Source: Desulfobacterales bacterium
Lineage (GTDB): Bacteria > Desulfobacterota > Desulfobacteria > Desulfobacterales > JAHEIW01
Direction of reading: 5' to 3'
NCBI GenBank assembly: GCA_050122475.1
Contig: JASFIV010000003.1
Location: 1 to 55,137 of the forward strand
DNA: 55,137 nt
In this document: positions 19,344-28,618 of the stretch, piece after piece
Position numbering within the stretch: the first letter of the stretch is position 1
Layout: every line of letters starts with the position of its first letter
Program-made: the position numbers and the translations under genes
The notes under the pieces: generated by a model
Database searches by the model: none
The model's input: only the letters and a program-made list of their open reading frames with translations
What the model was told of the DNA's origin: nothing

Positions 19344-19595
19344 CCCGTATTTTTCATGAATATTTTTTCTTTTAATAGAAAGCCATGATATCTGCGGGTT
19401 GTACAAAATTATGGTAGTAAATTACCGATAGTAGCGGTACCTGAAATTTTAAAACCAAGGGCCCAAAAATATTCACCCTCCGGGCGAGCCGGAGGCTTCC
19501 ATCTACTGCGTTATTAAGGCCGAGGCATAGTTCACTATTGCCTCGCCCTTAAGTGCCTTGCATATGAAAGCCTCCGACTCGTGAAAAATGCAGGC
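19343..19595. repeat. Palindromic MITE-like insertion between the two permeases
   Basis: Imperfect end repeats ACCCGTATTTTTCAT / GTGAAAAATGCAGGC; nested stems GAGCCGGAGGCTT..AAGCCTCCGACTC and CGAGGCA-TAG..CTATTGCCTCG. Confidence 0.55.
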
Positions 19596-19604
19596 AAACG
19601 TTTT

Positions 19605-20297
19605 ATGGATGTTCAGGTCATCATAGATAATTTGCCGTTATATCTTCAGGGGCTACGAACCACTGTCGTTTTGGTTTTCTCCTCGCTTTTGTTGGGGTTG
19701 CTCCTGGCGATACCGATTGCCCTGCTGGCGACATCAAAACGCAAATGGATCAGCGCATTGCCCAAGGCCTATATCTATTTTTTCCGGGGCACCCCGCTGC
19801 TGGTCCAGATGTTTATGATCTACCACGGCATGGGGCAGTTTGAGGCGGTGCGCGAGAGTTTTTTGTGGGTCGTCTTCCAGCAGGCCTGGGCCTGCGCCCT
19901 GGTGGCCTTTGCGCTGAATACCGCCGGCTATACGGGCGAAATCCTGCGGGGCACCATCGAGCAGACCCCGTACGGCGAAATCGAAGCCGCCAGGTCGGTG
20001 GGCATGTCCAATGCCCTGATTTACCGCCGTATTATACTGCCCAGCACCTTCAGACGGGCCCTGCCCGCCTACGGTAACGAAGTCATCTTCATGCTTCACG
20101 GCAGCTCACTGGCAGGATTGATCACCATTGTCGACCTGTTCGGTGCGGCCAGAATCGTCAACGCCCGCAATTTTGTGCCGTTTGAATCCTTTATCGCCGC
20201 CGGAATTTTCTATCTGGCCATCACGTTTATGATCGTCTGGGGATTTAAAAAAGCCGAACATTACTGGCACGCCTATCTGCGCCCGCGCGAATCTTAA
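19605..20297 (+). CDS. Amino acid ABC permease (HisM/AotM-like)
   Basis: YFFRGTPLLVQ, GEIEAARSVG and RRALPAYGNEVIFMLH motifs. Confidence 0.93.
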   Translation: MDVQVIIDNLPLYLQGLRTTVVLVFSSLLLGLLLAIPIALLATSKRKWISALPKAYIYFFRGTPLLVQMFMIYHGMGQFEAVRESFLWVVFQQAWACALVAFALNTAGYTGEILRGTIEQTPYGEIEAARSVGMSNALIYRRIILPSTFRRALPAYGNEVIFMLHGSSLAGLITIVDLFGAARIVNARNFVPFESFIAAGIFYLAITFMIVWGFKKAEHYWHAYLRPRES

Positions 20298-20618
20298 ACT
20301 TCCCCGCCGCAATACCTCACCAGTTCGACTTCAATATCTGATAAGTACGAACCTTTTTATGTCCAGCGAACGGAATGAATTATCAGTTTGCCTCAGGCGG
20401 ATGCACTGTTTGAATGCATTAGGGAGCGTTGCGAAAGAACAACAGATCGCCTCAGAACTTTTTAGCGCCATGATACTGAATTTAAAGTCAGCGCTTATAT
20501 TAAAAACGGGCTTTGTTCTTTCGGTACGCCCCCTTATGTATGAGTTTGCATCGCGCCCTGGGCGGGTCTGATAATTTATGTAGCGACCGCATCTGCAAAT
20601 TGCATACGACATACACGA

Positions 20619-20706
20619 CAGTATCCGAGAATTTTGATTCGGTTTTTAATCTTCTATGAATATTGGCGGACCATAGAGCATTAGATGCATTTTTTAGATA
20701 TGTTCT
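20619..20706 (-). repeat. Partial third copy of the 263-bp MITE family
   Basis: TTAGATGCATTTTTTAGATATGTTC matches the MITE end; GAGAATTTTGATTCGGTTTTTAATCTTC matches the internal module. Confidence 0.6.
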
Positions 20707-20710
20707 AAAA

Positions 20711-20739
20711 GTAAAGGGGGAGTTGGCCTCCCCCTTTAC
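20711..20739 (-). terminator. Terminator hairpin after the substrate-binding protein gene
   Basis: GTAAAGGGGGAG-TTGGC-CTCCCCCTTTAC; T-run follows on the minus strand. Confidence 0.75.
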
Positions 20740-20766
20740 GAACAAATTATAATTTTCTGGATATAC

Positions 20767-21546
20767 CTATTGGCCGTACACGTCGAACGTAAAGTATTTA
20801 TCCTGGATTTTCTTATACGTCCCATCCGCCCGGATCTGCTCGATGGCTTTGTTAAGGATTTCCACCAGATCCTTGTCTTGCTTGCGGCATGCTATCCCGA
20901 TGCCTTCGCCAAACCATTTTTGGTCAATCAGATCCGGCCCGACGAACTCATAATTCTGTCCCTCGGGTTTTTTGAGAAAACCCTCGCTTATCACAACACT
21001 GTCGGCCAGCAAAAAATCGACGCGTCCAGCCGCCAGGTCCATATAAGCCTCGTCCTGGGTGGCATACCGTTTGATTTTCACATCTTTTCCGTAATTATCG
21101 GTAATGTAATTGTCATGGATGGTGGCGCGCTGCACACCGACAGTCTTACCTTTGAGTGTTTCCGGCGAAAATTCTTTGACCGTGCCCTTTTTGGTAACAA
21201 ATTTGGCGGGTGTCTGATAATATTTGTTGGTGAAAGCGACTTTTTTCTTGCGCTCCTCTGTAATGGACATGGAGGCAACAATGGCATCGTATTTGCGAGC
21301 CAGCAATGCCGGAATGATCCCGTCCCAGTCCTGGGCCACCAGTTTGCACTCAGCGCCCATGGCGTTACACAGCGCCATGGCGATGTCGATGTCAAAGCCC
21401 TCCAGTTTGCCGTCGGCCGTTGTATAACTGAACGGCGGGTAAGCCCCTTCCACGCCGACACGCATCTTTTTCCAGTCTTTGGCCTGGATGGTTCCGGCCG
21501 CAAATACCAATGCAATCATGGTAAATAACACTATAAGCTTTTTCAT
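20767..21546 (-). CDS. Lys/Arg/Orn/His ABC substrate-binding protein (ArgT/AotJ-like)
   Basis: EGAYPPFS, QDWDGIIPAL and SMSITEERKK motifs; AAGGAGG RBS. Confidence 0.93.
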   Translation of the reverse strand: MKKLIVLFTMIALVFAAGTIQAKDWKKMRVGVEGAYPPFSYTTADGKLEGFDIDIAMALCNAMGAECKLVAQDWDGIIPALLARKYDAIVASMSITEERKKKVAFTNKYYQTPAKFVTKKGTVKEFSPETLKGKTVGVQRATIHDNYITDNYGKDVKIKRYATQDEAYMDLAAGRVDFLLADSVVISEGFLKKPEGQNYEFVGPDLIDQKWFGEGIGIACRKQDKDLVEILNKAIEQIRADGTYKKIQDKYFTFDVYGQ

Positions 21547-21941
21547 ATTTCCTCCTTTTTGATGTGGGCCAAACTACCTGCGGTTTTGGTTGAATTCGGG
21601 TGATGGTGTCCCGATTTTCGTGCGGCAGTTCAACCGCCATTGAACCGTTAATAATTAAAGAACAACGTCCAATTCATGATTTAACGAAAATAAAAAAAAA
21701 GCATGGTTCTGTCAAACGAAAAAGAAGATCTGCACCCCCAGACAGGTATGTGGCTATTTGTAGCTCACATTCACCGGGTAAAGATCCAGCAGCACGGTTA
21801 CGATGTGCGAGGCCTTCTTCAACTACATGGGGTTCATTTAAATGGTTTCAGCGACGTCTATTTCAGACTTCCCTTTTTGGACATTTCTGCAAAGATGATT
21901 AGATTGAGGTATTTAATATTTGTGAAATGGGGGGCAGCTCA

Positions 21942-22346
21942 ATGAATTTGGCTCGAAAGATCAGTCTGGTATTTGCAGCGGGAGTATTAGGCGGTTTACT
22001 CAATAGTCTGGCGGTTTGGGCTTTCGGAGAGTTCGGCATTACAGCGGCAGCAGGGGTAAAAATAGCGCCCAAGCTTTCGGCTGGGTGGCTGTATCCACGA
22101 CTGGTATGGGGTGGCATCTGGGGAGCCCTTTTTTTGCTGCCGATGATGCAAACACGCATCTGGTCCCGCGGCTTTATTTACAGCCTGGGCCCAACCCTGG
22201 TTCAGCTTTTTGTGGTATTTCCGATGAAAGCCCAAAAAGGCGCGATGGGTCTCGAGCTGGGCATGCTCACACCCATTTTTGTGGTAGTGTTTAATGCCAT
22301 CTGGGGTTGGACTGCCGCCATATGGCTGCGCTGGACGGGCAAATAG
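21942..22346 (+). CDS. Small four-helix membrane protein of unknown function
   Basis: Hydrophobic ORF with WLYPRLVWGGIWG motif. Confidence 0.75.
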   Translation: MNLARKISLVFAAGVLGGLLNSLAVWAFGEFGITAAAGVKIAPKLSAGWLYPRLVWGGIWGALFLLPMMQTRIWSRGFIYSLGPTLVQLFVVFPMKAQKGAMGLELGMLTPIFVVVFNAIWGWTAAIWLRWTGK

Positions 22347-22570
22347 CCAATCGTTTACCATTAGAAGACAGATCAGACCGCTAGCCGTATGACAAACGAA
22401 TTATGCACACCGTTTGAAAAACCGCTTTTTTTAAAAATGTTGTCTTATCCCACACTCACGGCATCGCTTGATCTAAAATAGCCGGTAATTATCTGGCGTA
22501 TTTTCCCGCATATTCTATCTTGACAAAACCCGCTTTAGAGCACCGATCATAAGAATGATCAGAAAAAAGC

Positions 22571-22599
22571 TTGACAAAACAAGACGACCGGTCTATTTT
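22571..22599 (+). promoter_or_regulatory. Sigma70 promoter of the TetR gene with operator in the spacer
   Basis: TTGACA (22571)-17 bp-TATTTT (22594); CAAGACGACCGGTCTA at 22580-22595. Confidence 0.75.
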
Positions 22600-22635
22600 T
22601 ATCGGGAACTTAGCTTTTAATCGGGAGACCATTCA

Positions 22636-23217
22636 ATGCCATTAAATACCAGAGACCGGATCATAGAGACCGGTGCTGCCATTATCCATCGTAAAGGATT
22701 TAACCACACCGGTATTCAGGAAATACTGACCGCCGCCGGAGTGCCCAAGGGATCTTTTTATAATTATTTCAATAGCAAAAACGATTTCGGGCTTGCAATT
22801 GTAGATTATTTTTCAGGCCACTTCAGGCAAATTGCCAGCCAAACGCTGGATGATACCGCCATCTCGCCGCTGAACCGGATTTATCAATTTTTAACAGCTT
22901 TTATGCAACATTTTGAATCCCAAAATTATACCGGCGGCTGCCCGATTGGCAATTTAGCCCAGGAAATGGGGGATTTAAACCCGGAATTTCGAGCAAAACT
23001 CAAAGAATCCATCGATAGGATGATCGATGCGTATTCACAGGTTCTGGCAGCAGCGCAGCAGGACGGTAAGATACCGAAAAGTTTAGATATAAAAGACACC
23101 GCCAGCTTTATTGTCGCTGGCTGGCATGGTGCCATTATCCAGATGAAGCTAACCAAAAGCCTGACACCCCTGAAAAACCATCGAAATTTTATCTTTGATC
23201 ATGTTTTGAAGAAATGA
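22636..23217 (+). CDS. TetR family regulator, NemR/AcuR-like
   Basis: HTH GVPKGSFYNYF; conserved GCxxGN cysteine (GGCPIGNLAQE). Confidence 0.9.
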   Translation: MPLNTRDRIIETGAAIIHRKGFNHTGIQEILTAAGVPKGSFYNYFNSKNDFGLAIVDYFSGHFRQIASQTLDDTAISPLNRIYQFLTAFMQHFESQNYTGGCPIGNLAQEMGDLNPEFRAKLKESIDRMIDAYSQVLAAAQQDGKIPKSLDIKDTASFIVAGWHGAIIQMKLTKSLTPLKNHRNFIFDHVLKK

Positions 23218-23274
23218 GCATTTAATTTAAACCGATAGGCCGTAGTGTTTTAAGCCTGCAAGTGGATTATTAAT

Positions 23275-23290
23275 TAGACCGGTCGTCTTG
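23275..23290. promoter_or_regulatory. Second TetR operator
   Basis: TAGACCGGTCGTCTTG is the exact reverse complement of 22580-22595. Confidence 0.75.
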
Positions 23291-23473
23291 AAATATGATT
23301 TGTTGAGATTGAAAAAGTGCCTATCCATATCCATATGACATTGCAGGCTGGAAATATGCGTCCAGAATGATTTATACCGCATAGCATCATAATAAACCGC
23401 AGGAAGCGGCCATCTCCATCATCACCTGCGACGATATGGTGCCGTGGCTGCCGGGTCTGGAGGTTATAGCAAG

Positions 23474-23869
23474 ATGAAGTCCGATGACACGTCACAAAAA
23501 GAGAACAGGATAAAAACGTTAAAACCCGGGCGGCATACCGCAAAGATCAAAAACCTGGTGGATCGCGTGCTCGATGGTCCCGGGCAATTTGATCCCCAAA
23601 TGCGTCGGTCAGTGGCTCAGAAAGTTGCCGCGCACGCCGGCGCTCTGTCAAAAGACGACGTCCAACTGCCGCCGGAAATCAACAGCTATGTCGACAAGAT
23701 TGCCCTGCATGCTTACCGGGTGACCGATGCGGACATCGAGGCCCTGCGCGCTGCCGGATACTCGGAGGATGTCATTTTCGAGATGACCGTCAGCGCGGCC
23801 CTGGGCGCCGGCATGGCCCGGCTGAAGAGCGGCCTGACGGCTTTGAGGGGAGGTGAAGATGCGGCTTAA
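23474..23869 (+). CDS. Cys-less AhpD/carboxymuconolactone decarboxylase-like protein
   Basis: YVDKIALHAYRVTDADIEALRAAGYSEDVIFEMTV resembles an AhpD C-terminal half; GGAGG RBS; overlaps the start of the next gene. Confidence 0.75.
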   Translation: MKSDDTSQKENRIKTLKPGRHTAKIKNLVDRVLDGPGQFDPQMRRSVAQKVAAHAGALSKDDVQLPPEINSYVDKIALHAYRVTDADIEALRAAGYSEDVIFEMTVSAALGAGMARLKSGLTALRGGEDAA

Positions 23870-24437
23870 AAAAATCGAAAACGGCCAAACGATCTCCAAA
23901 AAACTGATCCTGGCCCTTATTGGCCTTAAGCTCGGCGAACGCGCTCCGGACGTGCTTCGAACGGTATGGTATCGTCCGGATTTTTTCGGCAAACACTACG
24001 GCCGCTACCTGAATGCCGTCATGCGTGGCCCCTCTGAATGGTCTGTGGGTGAGCGCGAGCTGTTCGCCGCCTTTGTATCCCGCTTAAACGAATGTGCTTT
24101 TTGAACCGGTGCCCATGGCGCGGTCGCGTCGAAGGCATTGGGCGATGAGACCCGTCAGGCAGTTCTGACTGACTGGCGCACCGCTCCGATTAGCGCAAAG
24201 CTACGGGCGGCCCTGGAACTGATAGAAAAACTGACCCTCAGGCCGGGTGAGGTGAATTCCGATGATATGGATGCCCTGCGGGCCGTAGGCCTCAGTGAAG
24301 CTGCCATCGAAGATGCCATTCATGTGACGGCCCTGTTTAACATTATCGACCGCATTGCCGACGCCCTGGGCTTTGACATTCCCAGCGATAGCGGCTTTGC
24401 TAATATGGCGGAAGTATTACTAAAAAGAGGCTATTAA
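23859..24437 (+). CDS. AhpD/CMD-family selenoprotein (CxxU), 192 aa, UGA at 24102-24104 read as Sec
   Basis: ERELFAAFVSRLNE-C-A-F-[TGA]-TGAHGAVASKALGDE continues in frame into ORF 24138-24437; UGA occupies the second Cys of the AhpD NxCxxCxxxH motif. Confidence 0.88.
24105..24143 (+). promoter_or_regulatory. Bacterial SECIS-like hairpin
   Basis: GGCGC-GGUC-GCGUC apical stem-loop (24117-24130) starting with G, 17 nt after UGA; lower stem GCCCA (24111-24115)/UGGGC (24139-24143). Confidence 0.72.
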
Positions 24438-24464
24438 AAGAGATATTTGTATGAATGATTAATC

Positions 24465-24689
24465 CTCACGCAGACCCGCCCGCCTTGCCTTTTTCGCATG
24501 GCGGGCGTGGGCCGCAAAGTCGCCAAGAAAAACATCCAATGATTTTTTTAGTCTATTTGTGACCTTCGCGGGCTTCGTGTTCTTTGTGGTGAAAACAAAA
24601 AATTTATATAACCACGAAGGCCACGAAGAACACAAAGAATTAATGCTTTAAACAAAAAAAGTCTTTGCGCCTTAGCGTCTTTGCGTGAG
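24465..24689. repeat. Composite palindromic repeat of 9-mer units
   Basis: Ends CTCACGCA / TGCGTGAG; internal CTTCGTGTTCTTTGTGGT / ACCACGAAGGCCACGAAG; first ~41 bp shared with 31383. Confidence 0.7.
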
Positions 24690-24838
24690 TAACACTAGAA
24701 TTAGATTTATTCCGCTATTCATCCTTAGTGTTTTGGTCCACATGTAATTTTCTTCGCCTTCTTTTTTGATGCTTGACGCTTTTAGATGCCGGTCATAATT
24801 TTAGTGCACTTATTGCTTGTAAATTGAAGGATAGAAAA

Positions 24839-26446
24839 ATGACGCCCTACAAAAACAAAACCAAAGACGAACTCATCAATGAATTAAAGGCCATTAAAAA
24901 GCAAATCAAAGAGCAGGCGAATTCTTATGAAAAAGAATGCAAACTACACGACCATGCAGAAGAAGAACTCCGTCTGGCCAAGGTGATCATCGATAACAGC
25001 CCTGTGGTTCTGTTTCGCCGGATGGCCGGCGATAAACCCCGGTTGGTGTATGTTTCCGACAACATTCGTCAGATGGGATATACCCCAGAGGATTTTATAG
25101 AAGAAAAAATTCTTTTCCGCGAAATCGTCCACCCCGATGACATGGATCGCCTTGCAGAGGAAATCCAGCATTACGCCGAAGAAGATGCCGAAGAATACAC
25201 CCAGCTTTACCGGATTATGACCAAGGACGGCCAGGTCCGCTGGGTGGAGGACCAGACCTCGGTGGTGCGGGATGCAGACGGCAACAAAATATTTAACCAA
25301 GGCCTGCTGGTGGATATTACCAGCCGCAAGCTGGCAGAAGAAGAAGTGCGCAAAAGTGAAGAAAAGTTTCGCCGCATTGTCGAAACCGCCGGCGAAGGCT
25401 TTATTCTAATGGACGAAGACCTGACCATTATCGATGTTAACGAGGCTTACTGCCGGTTGCTCGGTTATTCCCGGGAAGAAATTCTGGGTAAAACCCCGAT
25501 TGACCTGGCCACTGAAGAGTACAGGCAATTCATGCTGGCCAACCGGGAGGAAATTCTGGCCAAAGAATATCGGCAATTCGAAGGAACCATGGTGGCCAAA
25601 GACGGCCGTCATGTGCCGATTTTAGTGCACGGCAGCACCCTTCGCGGTGATCAGGGAGAAATCATCGGCAACATGGCGTTTGTCACCGATATGACCGAGC
25701 ACAAAAAAGCCCTGGCACTGGCCGGTGAAGTTCAAAAAAGCCTGCTGCCCCAGAGCAAGCCGGATGTGCACGGTCTGGATGTGGCCGGCCGCAATGTATC
25801 CTGTGATGAAATCGGCGGGGATTATTTTGATTTTCTGTGGCGACGCGAAAATCCGGATGGCCCTTTCAGTGTCGTGGTGGGCGACATCACCGGTCACGGG
25901 GTGGATTCTGCTCTGTTGATGACGTCGGCCCGAGCATTTTTGCGTATGCGTGCCTCTCAGCCCGGCACCATATCTGATATCGTCAGCGCCATGAACAGCC
26001 ACCTGACGCAGGATGTACTTGAAACCGGGCGCTTTATGACTCTTTTTTATTTAACCGTAGATCCGCAAAAAGACCGCATCGACTGGGTGCGCGCCGGCCA
26101 TGATCCCGCCCTTTTATACGACCCCCAACAGGACGAGTTTGAGGAATTAAAGGGCACCGGTATGGCGCTGGGCGTCAATGACGCCTTTAAGTATCCTGAA
26201 AACCGCCACGAGGGTCTTACAAACGGACAGATCATTGCCATCGGCACCGACGGCATCTGGGAAGCCTTTAATAAGCAGGGTGCCATGTTTGGTAAAAACC
26301 GTTTTAAAGAAATCATTCGCCAGAACGCGGCGGCGGGCGCAGATGATATCCTCAATGCCGTATACAAGGAAATCAATCAATTCATCGAAGGTCAAAAAAC
26401 AGAAGACGATATTACGCTGGTCATCATAAAGGTGAAAAAACCGTAA
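24839..26446 (+). CDS. PAS-PAS-SpoIIE (PP2C/RsbU-like) phosphatase
   Basis: Two PAS/PAC domains; GGDYFD, GDITGHG, TDGIWE and EDDITLV motifs. Confidence 0.93.
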   Translation: MTPYKNKTKDELINELKAIKKQIKEQANSYEKECKLHDHAEEELRLAKVIIDNSPVVLFRRMAGDKPRLVYVSDNIRQMGYTPEDFIEEKILFREIVHPDDMDRLAEEIQHYAEEDAEEYTQLYRIMTKDGQVRWVEDQTSVVRDADGNKIFNQGLLVDITSRKLAEEEVRKSEEKFRRIVETAGEGFILMDEDLTIIDVNEAYCRLLGYSREEILGKTPIDLATEEYRQFMLANREEILAKEYRQFEGTMVAKDGRHVPILVHGSTLRGDQGEIIGNMAFVTDMTEHKKALALAGEVQKSLLPQSKPDVHGLDVAGRNVSCDEIGGDYFDFLWRRENPDGPFSVVVGDITGHGVDSALLMTSARAFLRMRASQPGTISDIVSAMNSHLTQDVLETGRFMTLFYLTVDPQKDRIDWVRAGHDPALLYDPQQDEFEELKGTGMALGVNDAFKYPENRHEGLTNGQIIAIGTDGIWEAFNKQGAMFGKNRFKEIIRQNAAAGADDILNAVYKEINQFIEGQKTEDDITLVIIKVKKP

Positions 26447-26516
26447 CAGAATCACGATCCCCTTCCATCGGCAGGATATTTACATGCCTGCCGGGCTAAA
26501 GCGTTAAGGAGGAATA

Positions 26517-26759
26517 ATGGCCCTTGAAATCATTCGCAGTATGCTGGCATGGTGCACGGTCATCAACTGGGGCTTGCTGCTAATATGGCTTGTATTTTTC
26601 ATCGGCGCCCACGATTGGATGTACCGCATCCACAGCAAATGGTTTAAAATCCCCGTTGAAAAGTTCGATGCCATTCATTATGGCGGCATGGCGTTTTTCA
26701 AAACAGCGGTCATCCTATTCAATTTGGTGCCCTATCTGGCCCTGCGCATTGTGGGGTGA
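26517..26759 (+). CDS. Small membrane protein (DUF6868-like)
   Basis: WCTVINWGLL..HSKWF..FDAIHY..FNLVPYLAL; AAGGAGG RBS. Confidence 0.75.
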   Translation: MALEIIRSMLAWCTVINWGLLLIWLVFFIGAHDWMYRIHSKWFKIPVEKFDAIHYGGMAFFKTAVILFNLVPYLALRIVG

Positions 26760-26863
26760 TTTAAATGCATTCATTCGAATTGTTCTGTGTACCTTCCAGA
26801 AGGCTATGAAACTTGAAAGATTTGAGCCAGCGTGCCGGTTTTGAAGAACCCATCAGCACCAGG

Positions 26864-27060
26864 TCATGCATCCGTCCAGCTTACCCGGGCTGTTCCAATG
26901 GCCAGCCATAGAATATATGCGGTCCCATCACGCGCAAAATCGATTCGACAGAAGGTACAATATTGAGCAGCGTACTGGAGATGGTTGCACACAGGAGCAT
27001 GATGAAAAAAAAGCCGACCATTATGCCGCTTAGAAACTTAAGCGTATCCCTGTAACCGTG
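26864..27060 (-). pseudogene. LysE/EamB-family translocator remnant
   Basis: Manual translation HGYRDTLKFLSGIMVGFFFIMLLCATISSTLLNIVPSVESILRVMG / 1-nt frameshift near 26922 / AYILWLAIGTAR; no start, early stop. Confidence 0.65.
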
Positions 27061-27078
27061 GGACCATTGTATAAAAAA

Positions 27079-28002
27079 TCAATTCTCGATTTTGATGACC
27101 ACCAGGGTAACGTCATCTTCTAATTCTGCTTGTTGTTGAAATCGTTTCAGCTCGTTTAAAACAGTGTTTAAAATCTGCTTCGCTTCGGCATCTTTATTTT
27201 GACGGACGATCTTGGCAATGCCGTCCTTTCCAAACATCCTGCCTTGCGGATTGCGCGCCTCCAAAATGCCGTCGGTTGCCAGCACAATAATCTGGCCTTT
27301 TTTAATATTCGACTTTATATTTTCCCGATACATCAAACTGGCATCCACACCCAGAGCCACACCGGGACCGTTTAATTCTTCAACCGTATCTGTTTGAGGG
27401 TCATAAATCAGAGCTGGGGCATGACCGGCCCTAACCCATTTAATGATTCCCTTCGGTTGATCGACGACCAGATAAAATAAACCCATAAACTGGCCGGATT
27501 CTTCGACATCAGAGACCAGCTGGCGGTTCACATCCGAGATAATGTCTTTGAGGCTTCCCTTCAAAGCGATGCGCTGACGCAGGGCGGCACGGACGGTGGC
27601 CATCAACAGGGCAGCCGCAATGCCGTGGCCGGAGACATCGCCGATCGCCACACCCAATTTTTCATGATTCCCCTCACTGAAAACGTGGTAATCGAAATAA
27701 TCTCCACCGGTTTCATCGCAATAGATACTTTGACCGGCAATATCAAGGCCTTTAAAATCGGGGCGGCTTTTCGGAAGGAGGTTCTGTTGAACCTCTTTGG
27801 CCAGATTCAAAGATTGGCGCATGCGGCGGTGTTCTTTTATACGCCGATCGACTTTGTCATATCCTTCTGATGCAATATAGCAATCCGCATCTTGATGGTA
27901 TTGATATTTGGAAACGGTAGCATTGGAAGGATGACTGCATCGGCATGCCGCCTGCGAATGGCGGGTTGATTCCTCTGCCACGCTTAACGTCGTGTTTGCC
28001 AT
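27079..28002 (-). CDS. SpoIIE/PP2C phosphatase with short Cys-containing N-terminus
   Basis: GGDYFD, GDVSGHG, TDGILE and EDDVTLV motifs; start overlaps upstream CMD gene by 19 bp. Confidence 0.9.
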   Translation of the reverse strand: MANTTLSVAEESTRHSQAACRCSHPSNATVSKYQYHQDADCYIASEGYDKVDRRIKEHRRMRQSLNLAKEVQQNLLPKSRPDFKGLDIAGQSIYCDETGGDYFDYHVFSEGNHEKLGVAIGDVSGHGIAAALLMATVRAALRQRIALKGSLKDIISDVNRQLVSDVEESGQFMGLFYLVVDQPKGIIKWVRAGHAPALIYDPQTDTVEELNGPGVALGVDASLMYRENIKSNIKKGQIIVLATDGILEARNPQGRMFGKDGIAKIVRQNKDAEAKQILNTVLNELKRFQQQAELEDDVTLVVIKIEN

Positions 28003-28364
28003 GGTCTACCTTTGCGTATGGGTGATGAACAACTACACCCGGTTGCCTTGATGGGGGCATCGCTTTCGACTCTGGCTGCAGCCGGTTTCTGATTTGATTC
28101 CATCGGGCATTCGACTTGATTTGGTGCCGCCTGCAGATGGGTTCCCAGAAGCGCATCCGCTCTGGCCTTCATATGACCGGCCGGCTGGTCCTTGACAAAC
28201 TGACCGATGATGGCCGCCGCGCGCATTTTTTTCGCATCGATTCTTTCAGACCGCGCCATCGCGCTAATACTCTCCAAACAGGGGATGCAGCCCGAAGCCA
28301 CAGCCGAGCCTAAAGCCACGAGTAATTGGGTTTCGGTGTCGAGGCCTTTGGTAAAGGGTTTCAT
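27984..28364 (-). CDS. Carboxymuconolactone decarboxylase/AhpD-like protein (CxxC) with Cys-rich tail
   Basis: LVALGSAVASGCIPCLE; tail TGCSCS; AGGAGG RBS. Confidence 0.78.
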   Translation of the reverse strand: MKPFTKGLDTETQLLVALGSAVASGCIPCLESISAMARSERIDAKKMRAAAIIGQFVKDQPAGHMKARADALLGTHLQAAPNQVECPMESNQKPAAARVESDAPIKATGCSCSSPIRKGRPWQTRR

Positions 28365-28382
28365 TTTCTAATACCTCCTTCC

Positions 28383-28526
28383 AAACGGGTTCCAGATTTC
28401 TTATCTTTTGTCCCATGGCTGCGTTACAATCCGCTTCAAAATGCTCACGTACTATCGTGTCCGCTCCACTTTTGAACCGAATGGCGCCTTGCCCTGAAAC
28501 AAAATCTAAGTTTCTGAAACCCGTTT
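28383..28526. repeat. 144-bp palindromic element within the ars operon
   Basis: AAACGGGTTCCAGA / TCTGAAACCCGTTT ends; internal TTCAAAA..TTTTGAA; TTCAAAATGCTC shared with the MITE. Confidence 0.65.
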
Positions 28527-28618
28527 AAGCTGTTCATCATAAATAAAGGATTAGTTTTGTCACGTTATAATACATAACGCATAAAAGAGGTTATGATCCA
28601 ATTTATCCAGAACTCCAT

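Noticed and set aside
20770-21528. 252-aa plus-strand ORF
   Set aside because: Antisense shadow of the ArgT-like gene; the same applies to long shadows at 13773-14441, 18726-19406, 29325-29954 and 33514-34233
24465-24689. Repeats as a CRISPR array
   Set aside because: Units are 9-mers in inverted arrangement with no regular repeat-spacer period; no cas genes
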